The notes under the pieces are model-generated. The model was not told where the DNA came from. It saw only the letters and a list, made by a program, of their open reading frames with translations, and did no database searches. Below, in pieces: positions 9,628 to 17,940 of a DNA stretch of 64,000 nucleotides. The stretch is from Candidatus Nomurabacteria bacterium. Lineage in GTDB: Bacteria; Patescibacteriota; Minisyncoccia; Phycocordibacterales; UBA918. The stretch spans positions 23,574-87,573 of the forward strand of contig JACKGI010000001.1 of assembly GCA_020632015.1 (NCBI GenBank), in the 5' to 3' direction. Every line of letters begins with the position of its first letter. Position 1 is the stretch's first letter. The translations under genes and the position numbers were made by a program.

Positions 9628-11079
9628 TTGAACATGTTTGATCTAAAAGTAATTAACTCTGTATTAACAGAGATGGAAGAGGAGCGAGGAATCCCTCGTG
9701 AAAAAATGCTTGATGCTATTGAGCAATCACTAGCAACAGCCTACAAAAAAGAATTTGGAAAACGAGGACAAATCATCACTTGTTCTTTCGATATGGACAC
9801 TGGAACAACAAACTTTAACCAAATTAAGATTGTTGTTGATGAATCAATGCTGAAACCAGAACCTGAATTAGATGAAGAAGGAAATCCTATCGAAGAGGAA
9901 GAACCTGAAGAAGAGGATGAAGAAAACAAGAAAGTGCGTTTTGATGAAGAAAAACACATCATGATTAGTACTGCCAAGATGATCAAGAAGGATGTAGAAC
10001 TTGGTGAAGAACTTGTTTTCCCTCTAGAACCAAAAGACGACTTCGGTCGAATTGCTGCTCAAACAGCTAAGCAGGTCATCATGCAGAAAATCCGAGAAGC
10101 TGAAAAAGAATCTGCGTTAGCAGAATTCGGTCAGAAGGCTGGAGACATCGTCATTGGTCACGCACAACGATTTGAGCGAGGAAATCTATACGTAGATTTG
10201 GGACGAGTAACCGCTATCATGCCTTACGAAGAACAAATTCCGGGGGAAAGATTCAAACCAGGAGAAAGAATTCGAGCTATTCTTTTGGCTGTAGAAGAAA
10301 CCCCTCGAGGAATTTTCTTGAAACTTTCTCGTTCACACCCTGATTTCTTAACTGCCCTATTTGCTATCGAAGCGCCAGAGCTACAAACCGGTGCAGTAGA
10401 AGTAAAAGCTGTGGCTCGAGAAGCTGGTGCCCGATCAAAAATCGCAGTTCATGCAGTTGACGAACACATCGATCCAGTTGGTTCACTAGTTGGACAAAGA
10501 GGTGTACGAGTTTCTACTGTTATGAGTGAATTAGGAGGAGAAAAAATTGATATTATTGAATGGTCTCCTGTCATTAACGAATTCATCGAGGACGCTCTAT
10601 CTCCAGCCCAAGTGATGGAAATACGAATTGAAACAGAACCAAATGAAGAAGAAGGGGAAAGGGGTCACGCAATTGCTGAAGTAGCTGGTGACCAACAATC
10701 TTTGGCTATCGGACGAGGAGGACAAAACGTTCGTCTAGCAGCCAAGCTAACTGGTTGGAAGATTGATATCGTTTCTGCAAAAACAGGTGAAGAATTGGCC
10801 GAGGCAGACGCTGAAGGAAACGTTGAGTTAGAAGCTCCGTCTGATACAGATGCTGGCAAGGATGATGAAGTTCTTGAAAGCGAAGACGCAACTACAACCG
10901 AGCCGGATTTGGAAGAAGTGCTTGAAGAAGAAGATGACACAAAAGACCGAGACATGACTGAGGGTGCGGAAGCAGAAGGAGAAGACGAAATAGACACGCC
11001 AGAAGAAGCTGAAGACGAACTTGCTCCAGCTATCGACGAAGAAGTCGCAAAAGAATTGGAGGAAGAAGAAACTAAGTAA
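9628..11079 (+). CDS. nusA: transcription termination/antitermination factor NusA
   Basis: It has a NusA NTD (IPREKMLDAIEQSLATAYKK), an S1 domain (GDIVIGHAQRFERGNLYVDLG) and two KH GxxG motifs (VGQRGVRV, IGRGGQNVRLA). There is an acidic insert after the NTD and an acidic tail of about 100 aa. The ATG at 9634 is a more likely start than the TTG at 9628. Confidence 0.93.
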   Translation: MNMFDLKVINSVLTEMEEERGIPREKMLDAIEQSLATAYKKEFGKRGQIITCSFDMDTGTTNFNQIKIVVDESMLKPEPELDEEGNPIEEEEPEEEDEENKKVRFDEEKHIMISTAKMIKKDVELGEELVFPLEPKDDFGRIAAQTAKQVIMQKIREAEKESALAEFGQKAGDIVIGHAQRFERGNLYVDLGRVTAIMPYEEQIPGERFKPGERIRAILLAVEETPRGIFLKLSRSHPDFLTALFAIEAPELQTGAVEVKAVAREAGARSKIAVHAVDEHIDPVGSLVGQRGVRVSTVMSELGGEKIDIIEWSPVINEFIEDALSPAQVMEIRIETEPNEEEGERGHAIAEVAGDQQSLAIGRGGQNVRLAAKLTGWKIDIVSAKTGEELAEADAEGNVELEAPSDTDAGKDDEVLESEDATTTEPDLEEVLEEEDDTKDRDMTEGAEAEGEDEIDTPEEAEDELAPAIDEEVAKELEEEETK

Positions 11080-11093
11080 TTTAGTTTAGAAAA

Positions 11094-11127
11094 GGCCGGC
11101 GCCCAAGGGCGCCGGCCTTTTTCTTTT
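11094..11127 (+). terminator. rho-independent terminator after nusA
   Basis: GGCCGGCGCC, loop CAAG, GGCGCCGGCC, followed by TTTTTCTTTT. Confidence 0.85.
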
Positions 11128-11177
11128 CCCAAAAACGGGTAGAATACAAACTATCTTATTTATATATTTAAATTGTT

Positions 11178-11702
11178 ATGAACTTACTTCACGATATCCC
11201 AGCTGGAACAGCCGACGAAATGAACGTTATTATTGAAATTCCAAAATTCTCTAAGAATAAATACGAAGTCGACAAGGAGACAGGAATCATTGCCCTAGAT
11301 AGAGTAATGCACACAGCTCAGGATTACCCTTTTGACTATGGTTTTGTGCCACAAACTCTTTTCGATGATGGTGACGCATTAGACGTGGTGTTGGTTACCA
11401 CCTATCCACTCGCCCCAGGCATTCTAGTTAAAGCTCGTCCAATCGGAATTATGGAGATGGTAGACGGAGGAGAGCGCGATGACAAAGTAGTAGCTGTCCC
11501 AGTAGAAGATCCCCGTTTTGATGATGTGAAGGATATCTCTGATCTATACTCACACTTTAAGAAGGAAATGTCTCACTTTTTTGAGACTTACAAGAAGGTT
11601 CAAAATAAAGAAGTTTCTATCGGTGAGTGGCACGGAGCCGACAAAGCCAAGGAAGCTTTTGAAAAAAGTTGCGAGATGTACAAGTCAGATAAAAACAAGT
11701 AG
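11178..11702 (+). CDS. ppa: inorganic pyrophosphatase (family I)
   Basis: 174 aa with DYGFVPQT and DGDALDV metal-binding motifs and typical length. Confidence 0.93.
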   Translation: MNLLHDIPAGTADEMNVIIEIPKFSKNKYEVDKETGIIALDRVMHTAQDYPFDYGFVPQTLFDDGDALDVVLVTTYPLAPGILVKARPIGIMEMVDGGERDDKVVAVPVEDPRFDDVKDISDLYSHFKKEMSHFFETYKKVQNKEVSIGEWHGADKAKEAFEKSCEMYKSDKNK

Positions 11703-11724
11703 GACATACTTATTTTTCACTGTG

Positions 11725-11762
11725 TATAACGCCGTTCTAGGTTAACCTAGAACGGCGTTATA
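11725..11762 (+). terminator. perfect palindrome hairpin after ppa (probable terminator)
   Basis: TATAACGCCGTTCTAGGTTAACCTAGAACGGCGTTATA. The trailing T-tract is weak. Confidence 0.5.
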
Positions 11763-11804
11763 CTTTGTACACCTAATAAAGTTAATTAATATTTTATCTA
11801 TTTT

Positions 11805-12542
11805 ATGAAAACCCTTTCCAATATACTTATCAGTCATCTGTTTTTCCTTTCATTGTTTGGACTTGCTACTTATGCCTTTGCAGAAGAAGACACAGCCGTT
11901 GAAGCAGAAGCTACTATAAGTGCTGAAGCAACGATTGAAACTACTCCAGAGGAACGACCCGCAGGAACAGAAGCTGTCAGAGAAAAAATACAAGAGCGAG
12001 AAGCAATCAGCGAAGAGAGGCAAGCGGAACGCGAGGCAAATCAAGAAGAAAGAGTGGAGACTCGTGAGTCCTTAGCTGAAGAAAGACAAATTATACGTGA
12101 TGAAAGAAGAGTAGTTCTTCAAGCAGAGGCACAAGCAAGAATCACAAACCTCGCTGCAAATATTAGCAATCGTATCGACGCAGCAATTGTTAGAATGCAG
12201 AACATTATAGATAGAATTGAAACAAGAATAGATAAATTAGAAGAAAGAGGAGTTGACACCTCTGCTGCAGCCAGTGCTCTAGCCGAAGCACAAATATCAG
12301 TTGATGCAGCAAAATTATCCGTCGCAAACATCGATGCAGAGGTTGCCCTTGCACTAAGCTCGGAAGACGTTCGATCCACTTGGTCAACTGTTAAGACTAG
12401 CTTTGGAACTATACGAGATTTACTAAAAGACGCTCACGCCAACCTACGCGTTTGTGTATCAGAATTGAAAAAAGCAGTTACTGAATTCCAAGAGGATTAT
12501 GTAGCCGCCGAAGCAGAACTAGAAGCTGCAACGTCTGAATAA
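11805..12542 (+). CDS. secreted Glu/Ala-rich coiled-coil protein, unknown function
   Basis: 245 aa with an N-terminal signal-like helix (LFFLSLFGLATYAFA) followed by E/A/R-rich heptad-like sequence. Confidence 0.6.
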   Translation: MKTLSNILISHLFFLSLFGLATYAFAEEDTAVEAEATISAEATIETTPEERPAGTEAVREKIQEREAISEERQAEREANQEERVETRESLAEERQIIRDERRVVLQAEAQARITNLAANISNRIDAAIVRMQNIIDRIETRIDKLEERGVDTSAAASALAEAQISVDAAKLSVANIDAEVALALSSEDVRSTWSTVKTSFGTIRDLLKDAHANLRVCVSELKKAVTEFQEDYVAAEAELEAATSE

Positions 12543-12567
12543 TTATTAATCAATTACTTTATTTAAT

Positions 12568-12978
12568 ATGAACGAAGAAACAAACGAGGTAAAGGTGCCA
12601 AATTTTGAAGGAGAAGAAATGAAAATGCCTGAAAATACTGACGCCCAAATTGCTACCGAAGAAAGCTCAAGTGTTATAAATGGTCCCCTATTGTTCTCAT
12701 TAGCGATTCTACTGATTGTCATCCTTGGTGGTATGTATTTTTGGTTTAACTCACTTGATACTACCCCAGCTCCTACCGTTACTAGCGAGCGTCCTTCTGC
12801 TGAAGAAAATAACGAACCGGAAAGCACGACTGCCGAAGCACAAACAGATACCATGCTTACCACTAGCACTTCAGATGAGATTAGTGCCATCGAAGCAGAC
12901 ATTGAAGCTACAAACCTTGAGAGCTTAGATGCTGAACTTGACGCAATTGACGCAGAGCTAGAAGCTGCTGTCGAATAG
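12568..12978 (+). CDS. single-pass membrane protein with acidic tails, unknown function
   Basis: 136 aa with a central TM helix (LLFSLAILLIVILGGMYFWF) and acidic, Thr/Glu-rich flanks. Confidence 0.55.
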   Translation: MNEETNEVKVPNFEGEEMKMPENTDAQIATEESSSVINGPLLFSLAILLIVILGGMYFWFNSLDTTPAPTVTSERPSAEENNEPESTTAEAQTDTMLTTSTSDEISAIEADIEATNLESLDAELDAIDAELEAAVE

Positions 12979-12995
12979 ACTTGTAGACCAAGACC

Positions 12996-13025
12996 AAAAA
13001 AGGCGCACTATGCGCCTTTTTATTT
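12996..13025. terminator. bidirectional terminator between convergent genes
   Basis: GGCGCA, loop CTA, TGCGCC, flanked by an A-run upstream and a T-run downstream. Confidence 0.7.
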
Positions 13026-13048
13026 TAAATACAAAAAAGCCCCTGTGT

Positions 13049-13312
13049 TTATACTGACGGGGCATACTTCAGTTCTTCAATTGTTATTTTTTCATATTCC
13101 TTTGGTATGTCTCCTCCGTAAAAGAACGACAGCTCCTTAAAGTTGGAAGCAATCACTACTTCGACTTTTTTTAAATCTAAATCTGGAAAATCCTTTTTAA
13201 GGTAATCGGCCATTAGCACAACGATGTGCGTAGGTATATTATCGCCAAAAGCAACAATTCTTATTTTAGGCAGACGACCTTTCTTTAAAACACACAGTGT
13301 TTTAATAAACAT
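13049..13312 (-). CDS. hypothetical protein (87 aa)
   Basis: An ORF with a GAGGA Shine-Dalgarno about 8 nt upstream of the ATG. I recognise no motif. Confidence 0.5.
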   Translation of the reverse strand: MFIKTLCVLKKGRLPKIRIVAFGDNIPTHIVVLMADYLKKDFPDLDLKKVEVVIASNFKELSFFYGGDIPKEYEKITIEELKYAPSV

Positions 13313-13367
13313 CTTCTTTTTCCTCTATTAGTGGTGAAGTGTTCAGAATTTACCACATGTACGACAA

Positions 13368-14552
13368 ATGTCTACTAAAGTGAACGTAGCGGTTGCAATT
13401 TCCTCAGAGTTTCGTACACTGGCGGGCACTATGTCACATTCACATTCTGTAGATTTTAAAAGCGCTTTTACAGTAGAGGAGTTGCCAGATTCACAAGTAA
13501 AAATTTCTGGCGAATTACCATACGCTGAATTACAAAGCGAACGTACTGCCGCTCTTGTAGCTCTCGGGAAAAACGTTGAGCTAGATGGCTTTCGAAAAGG
13601 TCATGTTCCAACCCCGGTACTAGAAAAACACCTTGGAGAGATGAACATCTTGGCAGAAATGGCCGAAAGAGCCATTTCACATGCTTACCCTCATATAGTA
13701 GAAGAGCACAAACTTGAAGTTATTGGTCACCCACAGATTGAAGTTAAGAAGATTGCTCCTGACAACCCTCTAGCTTTTAGTATTACTGTAGCTGTTGTAC
13801 CAACCTTCGAACTTCCTGACTACAAAGATATTGCAAAGGAAGCAAACAAGAATCGTCCAAGTGACGAGGTGACTGATGAGGAACTAGCAGAAAAGATAAA
13901 GGAAATTCAGAAGTCAAAGCAAGCATACGAGCGTATGCAAGAGTTGTCACAGAAAAATGCTGAGAACTCTGAAGATGGAAACACACCAGACTTACCCACT
14001 CCAGAAGAAGCTGAAGAAAAGCCACTTCCAGAACTAACTGATGAGTACGTAAAAACTCTCGGTCAGCCTGGCCAATTCGAAACTGTAGATGACTTTAAAG
14101 CCAAGCTTCGTGAACACTTAGAAATTGAAAAGAAACAAGAAAATGTTGCTAAGCATAGAGCTGACATAACTGACGGAATCATCGACAAAACAACAATCAA
14201 CCTCCCACAAATCCTAATAGATTCTGAAATCAACCAAATGTTTGCCCAAATGCAGGAAGATTTGGACCGAGCAAACCTAAAGATGGATGACTACTTGTCT
14301 CACATCAAGAAGACTAAGGAAGAACTAAAAACTGAATGGACTCCTGCAGCCGAAAAGAGAGCAAAGCTTCAACTTGTCTTAAACGAAATTGCTAAAAAAG
14401 AAGAAATCGTACCAGATGCTACGAAAGTAGAAGAGCAAACAAAGGAGCTACTTGAGCGCTTCAAAGATGCCGACGAACACCGAGTAAGACTTTATGTCGC
14501 TTCTGTACTACTGAATGAAGAAGTGATGAAGTCGTTAGAAGGATTGGAATAA
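13368..14552 (+). CDS. tig: trigger factor lacking the FKBP/PPIase domain
   Basis: It has the N-terminal ribosome-binding domain with the GFRKGHVP signature. The C-terminal arm domain starts at LPELTDEYVKTLG. Between them only an acidic linker of about 60 aa replaces the roughly 100-aa PPIase domain. The true start may be the internal ATG at about 13431 (MSHSHSV). Confidence 0.85.
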   Translation: MSTKVNVAVAISSEFRTLAGTMSHSHSVDFKSAFTVEELPDSQVKISGELPYAELQSERTAALVALGKNVELDGFRKGHVPTPVLEKHLGEMNILAEMAERAISHAYPHIVEEHKLEVIGHPQIEVKKIAPDNPLAFSITVAVVPTFELPDYKDIAKEANKNRPSDEVTDEELAEKIKEIQKSKQAYERMQELSQKNAENSEDGNTPDLPTPEEAEEKPLPELTDEYVKTLGQPGQFETVDDFKAKLREHLEIEKKQENVAKHRADITDGIIDKTTINLPQILIDSEINQMFAQMQEDLDRANLKMDDYLSHIKKTKEELKTEWTPAAEKRAKLQLVLNEIAKKEEIVPDATKVEEQTKELLERFKDADEHRVRLYVASVLLNEEVMKSLEGLE

Positions 14553-14580
14553 GTACTAAACAAACCTAAAAACAAAATTA

Positions 14581-14612
14581 GCGCTATCCCTTTTGGGATT
14601 GCGCTATTTTTA
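14581..14612 (+). terminator. rho-independent terminator after tig
   Basis: GCGCTATCCC, loop TTTT, GGGATTGCGC (one mismatch), followed by TATTTTTA. Confidence 0.7.
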
Positions 14613-14638
14613 TGTTTATGATTTCACTTTCCATCTCT

Positions 14639-14707
14639 TTGAAGATTCGATCCTAGATTCAAATCCTCAAAAGATAGGGCGAGGAGGAGTAAACACTCAA
14701 CTCGCCC
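14639..14707 (-). repeat. two-hairpin structured repeat, copy 1
   Basis: About 90% identical to 16038-16113. Hairpin A is GGGCGAG (14677-14683) paired with CTCGCCC (14701-14707) around a 17-nt loop. Hairpin B is TTGAAGATTCGA (14639-14650) paired with TTCAAATCCTCAA (14658-14670). It lies 188 nt downstream (minus sense) of the 14896 ORF stop. Confidence 0.7.
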
Positions 14708-14895
14708 AGGTAACCACGTACCACGCCCGGTTTACGGCGGAATAGTCTAAGCATATCTATTCATGAGCTTTGATGAGGGTTTCAGTCTTTTATACCTCCC
14801 ATCTCACCTGTATGTCGTTTATCGCTGTCGTCATGCTTTCGCAAAGCATGACCGCTCACCGTCACCAGATATCCTTGTTAATTTATTACACGCAG

Positions 14896-15558
14896 TCAGA
14901 CCAAGGTCTGCGTGGGATTGATGTCCGGGAGACTCATCTCAAACTCCTTGAAGAAGGCCGTAATTCTCTCAGATGTAAAGAGAGAGGGCTCGACTTGGAG
15001 TTCCAGTTTCTTTTCCTCCTCATATATATAAGCATCGTGTCCATAGTAACCTGACCTACTATTAACAGAATCAAAACGCTTACGATAATATGAGACATCT
15101 AAGAAACAACCGCTAGGATCCTTGTCAGTAACCAAATATACAGCATAGTATTGGTTAAGGACTTCCCTGCGATAGACACCACCTGAGCCTGAGCTCATGT
15201 TGCGGTCTTCCCAAACTCGACTAATGCTAACCATGATCTTAGTCAATTCCCAGTTTTTCAACTGGTCATTACGTCGATCAAACTGGTCAGTGATCACTCG
15301 TCTATCAATCTCCTGCCGCTTACCTCCACTTGTCACAGCGTAGAGGACCACACTTTTCGCCAATCCACCCGTAGAGCCATAATTGCTTTCTCGGGTCATG
15401 ACGTATGTGGTGTCGTTGTACGGGACATGAACCATGTCCAGTACATTTGACCAAGCAGCCAACTCCGTATGTCCATAGACTTTGCCAGCGGCATCTGTGG
15501 GAGTATACGTGTTGTACTCAAAACTCTTTTTGATATTGTCCATGGTAATCTCCCACAC
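14896..15558 (-). CDS. hypothetical protein, islet gene A (215-220 aa)
   Basis: A long ORF. The ATG at 15543 is preceded by GGGAG with a 6-nt spacing, so it is more plausible than the GTG at 15558. I recognise no family motif. Confidence 0.65.
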   Translation of the reverse strand: MWEITMDNIKKSFEYNTYTPTDAAGKVYGHTELAAWSNVLDMVHVPYNDTTYVMTRESNYGSTGGLAKSVVLYAVTSGGKRQEIDRRVITDQFDRRNDQLKNWELTKIMVSISRVWEDRNMSSGSGGVYRREVLNQYYAVYLVTDKDPSGCFLDVSYYRKRFDSVNSRSGYYGHDAYIYEEEKKLELQVEPSLFTSERITAFFKEFEMSLPDINPTQTLV

Positions 15559-15598
15559 CTTACTTTCGTTACTCTTATGAGTCGATCAAGTGGTGCTC

Positions 15599-15649
15599 CT
15601 GTATTCAGGAAAGAAAGTATCAATTCGACACACTCTTTCCTGAATACAG
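15599..15649. promoter_or_regulatory. 16-bp perfect inverted repeat in the leader/promoter region of islet gene A
   Basis: CTGTATTCAGGAAAGA (15599-15614) and TCTTTCCTGAATACAG (15634-15649) are separated by 19 nt. The repeat lies 41-90 nt upstream of the gene A start. Confidence 0.6.
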
Positions 15650-15955
15650 TCATGGACTTTGTAAAGAACTTTTGTTTCGCTCTTTTGAGCTCATCAGGAC
15701 AAGTACACACTTGCCTACAAAGGAGAGTTTTGCGAGGTCTCCGGCTCGGCCTCATCCCGAAGGATATGAGGACTTTGTGTAAAAGAGAGATGTCACTGCA
15801 GTGACTTTAATGATCAAATAGATATGCACCCTGAAAGGTGGATCCATTCAATACATTTGGGCACGCCTCCGTCGAGGTCAACAATGAGCCTAACCATTGT
15901 TGATATGTGCTTTTGGATGAAGTGCCCTTCATCATCGGCTTACAGGTAATCTCTC

Positions 15956-16020
15956 AAATCACCCGCACAAACATAAGCATTTGTATAAACACACATATTT
16001 GTGCGGGTGATTTATTTTTA
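15956..16020 (+). terminator. long hairpin followed by a T-tract (plus-strand terminator-like)
   Basis: AAATCACCCGCACAAA (15956-15971) pairs with TTTGTGCGGGTGATTT (15998-16013) around a 26-nt loop, followed by TATTTTTA. Confidence 0.55.
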
Positions 16021-16037
16021 AAGAACAAACTATCATG

Positions 16038-16113
16038 TTGAAGATTCGAACCATGTTTACTGTTTCAAATCCTCAAAAGATAGGACGAGGAGTAGTAAAC
16101 ACTCAACTCGTCC
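16038..16113 (-). repeat. two-hairpin structured repeat, copy 2
   Basis: Hairpin A is GGACGAG (16083-16089) paired with CTCGTCC (16107-16113). Both arms are changed relative to copy 1, and pairing is kept. Hairpin B is 16038-16050 paired with 16064-16076. It starts 12 nt after the stop of the 81-aa ORF (minus sense). Confidence 0.7.
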
Positions 16114-16125
16114 AAAAAGTACTGC

Positions 16126-16371
16126 CTATGGTCCCTTACAAGGAATTCCTCTTTTTAGAAGGAAATCCTTGAGACCTTCGTGAGCAAAACTTTTGACAAC
16201 ACCCACTTCTATTACCTCAAACCACATTGCGTGAACATATGGGCAAGGATTAGTCAGCGAGAATCTCATATCAAGCTCTTCTGCGAGACTTTCTGCACGA
16301 GACAGATCGTCTTCTAAAGCTATGATATCTGTACCAGTGCCGAACCCTCTGTACGCAACTGCATATTTCAT
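16126..16371 (-). CDS. hypothetical protein, islet gene B (81 aa)
   Basis: An ORF with an AGGAGA Shine-Dalgarno 5 nt upstream of the ATG. No recognisable motif. Confidence 0.6.
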   Translation of the reverse strand: MKYAVAYRGFGTGTDIIALEDDLSRAESLAEELDMRFSLTNPCPYVHAMWFEVIEVGVVKSFAHEGLKDFLLKRGIPCKGP

Positions 16372-16621
16372 GTCATTCTCCTACCCACAGAAACCCGAGG
16401 CGCGGTTGCGAAATATTCGCGGTGTTTGTTTCGATGTACTGAATGAACTGTGCAAGATAATACACGAGACTTTACACTTTGTCAATATTACTGTCTATCT
16501 TTATGACGTTATATGCTGTTATTATTGCCAATTTAGCCTTATTTATATGGATTTATGATAAAACTGTTTTGAATTTGTCAAAATTATTGACTATTTTATT
16601 AGAGTATGAAACAATAAGCAC

Positions 16622-17407
16622 ATGGATGACATAATCAAGCAACTAAAGAATCTGAACCTGACTGACAAAGAGGCCCGGGTGTACCTTACCCTACTTGAGC
16701 TAGGGCCTTCTACTCCATACAAAATCGCCAAGCGTTCTAGACTTAAGCGCCCTACCGCTTATGTGATAGCAGAAGAATTGGTTGAAAAAGGTTTGATTAT
16801 CCAAGTGACAGGAGAAAAAAATAAGCTTTATATAGCCCGTTCCCCCGAGGCCTATTTTGAAGACGCCGAGGAAAGACTCTCAAACGCTAAGAAAATACTC
16901 CCAGAATTGCTTGCTTTACAAAAGAAAACTAGTGAAAAACCAACGATTCTATACTTCGAAGGCACTGACGGTATTAAGCAGGCCTATGATTATAGACTTA
17001 AGGAATTTCACAACAAAGAAATTGTTGGTTTTTTTGCTCGAGGTACCGAAATCTCAGACGACCTGACTGAAAATGTGTTTTTACCTTGGAATGATTACAA
17101 GAAAGAACACAACATTAACGTCCGTGGCTTTACAACAGATGACGCCAGTCTGCAGGTATATGAGCAATACTTCAGCACATCTGACGGAGACGGCAAAATT
17201 CTGGCTCGTTTCTTGCCCGAAAGCCTTTACACTGCCGATACTTCCTTCGAAATCTTCGATTGGGGAGTTCGTATCGTTATTATGGACTCAAAACAAGCCC
17301 TAATTATGGAAAGTGAAAAATTCGCGCATGCCATGAAAGAAATCTTCGAGTTATTGTGGTCAAAGACTGAAGGAGAGTTTAATAAGCCAAAGAAAATTAA
17401 AATTTAA
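16622..17407 (+). CDS. TrmB-family transcriptional regulator
   Basis: 261 aa with the N-terminal winged-HTH typical of TrmB (LTDKEARVYLTLLELGPSTPYKIAKRSRLKRPTAYVIAEELVEKGLI) and a TrmB-like C-terminal domain. Confidence 0.8.
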   Translation: MDDIIKQLKNLNLTDKEARVYLTLLELGPSTPYKIAKRSRLKRPTAYVIAEELVEKGLIIQVTGEKNKLYIARSPEAYFEDAEERLSNAKKILPELLALQKKTSEKPTILYFEGTDGIKQAYDYRLKEFHNKEIVGFFARGTEISDDLTENVFLPWNDYKKEHNINVRGFTTDDASLQVYEQYFSTSDGDGKILARFLPESLYTADTSFEIFDWGVRIVIMDSKQALIMESEKFAHAMKEIFELLWSKTEGEFNKPKKIKI

Positions 17408-17437
17408 TAATTATCAAAATAACCATAAAAATAAAGG

Positions 17438-17470
17438 CGGTGTGGTCCCAAGGGACCACACCGGTTTTTT
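17438..17470. terminator. bidirectional terminator
   Basis: CGGTGTGGTCCC pairs with GGGACCACACCG, followed by TTTTTT. An A-rich tract lies upstream. It sits between convergent genes. Confidence 0.8.
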
Positions 17471-17478
17471 GACACTAC

Positions 17479-17940
17479 TCACCACATAAGATCAAACTCA
17501 TCTTCTGTTGAGTAGTATTCGGAGCTTTCATCGTACTCATCATCAACATCAATTAGTTGAGCAGTTTTTAAACCTGATTGAATAAGTGTTTCAATGGTAC
17601 CGTGATTATCGGGGCTCGTAATCACTATGAACACTCCGGTGCGTTTAGCTTTCTTTTCAAGACTACGAAGAAAGGCAATGATAGGTCCATTTCGGTCACC
17701 AGGTTTTGCTAATACCTTATTTTTAAATTGATGTGCATGCAGAATGTTATTACAAACCACGTCTGCACATTCTTGTGAAACACCGATGCCAGAAGTAATG
17801 ACTAATACTGGTGAGCCCTCGATAATTTTTCTTATCTTGACTGCAGTTTCTGCGGTTTCATAACGCGCACTATCGGTCATCTTACGCTTTCCTGACTCTG
17901 TGTAAGTTTCTCCGTAACATATGGTAAAGAACTTTGGCAT
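17479..17940 (-). CDS. hypothetical protein with acidic C-terminal tail
   Basis: 153 aa. There is a weak, unverified resemblance to SixA/histidine-phosphatase topology (FTICYGET where RHGE/D is expected; VLVITS; VFIVITSP). The tail is DVDDEYDESSEYYSTEDEFDLMW. Confidence 0.5.
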   Translation of the reverse strand: MPKFFTICYGETYTESGKRKMTDSARYETAETAVKIRKIIEGSPVLVITSGIGVSQECADVVCNNILHAHQFKNKVLAKPGDRNGPIIAFLRSLEKKAKRTGVFIVITSPDNHGTIETLIQSGLKTAQLIDVDDEYDESSEYYSTEDEFDLMW

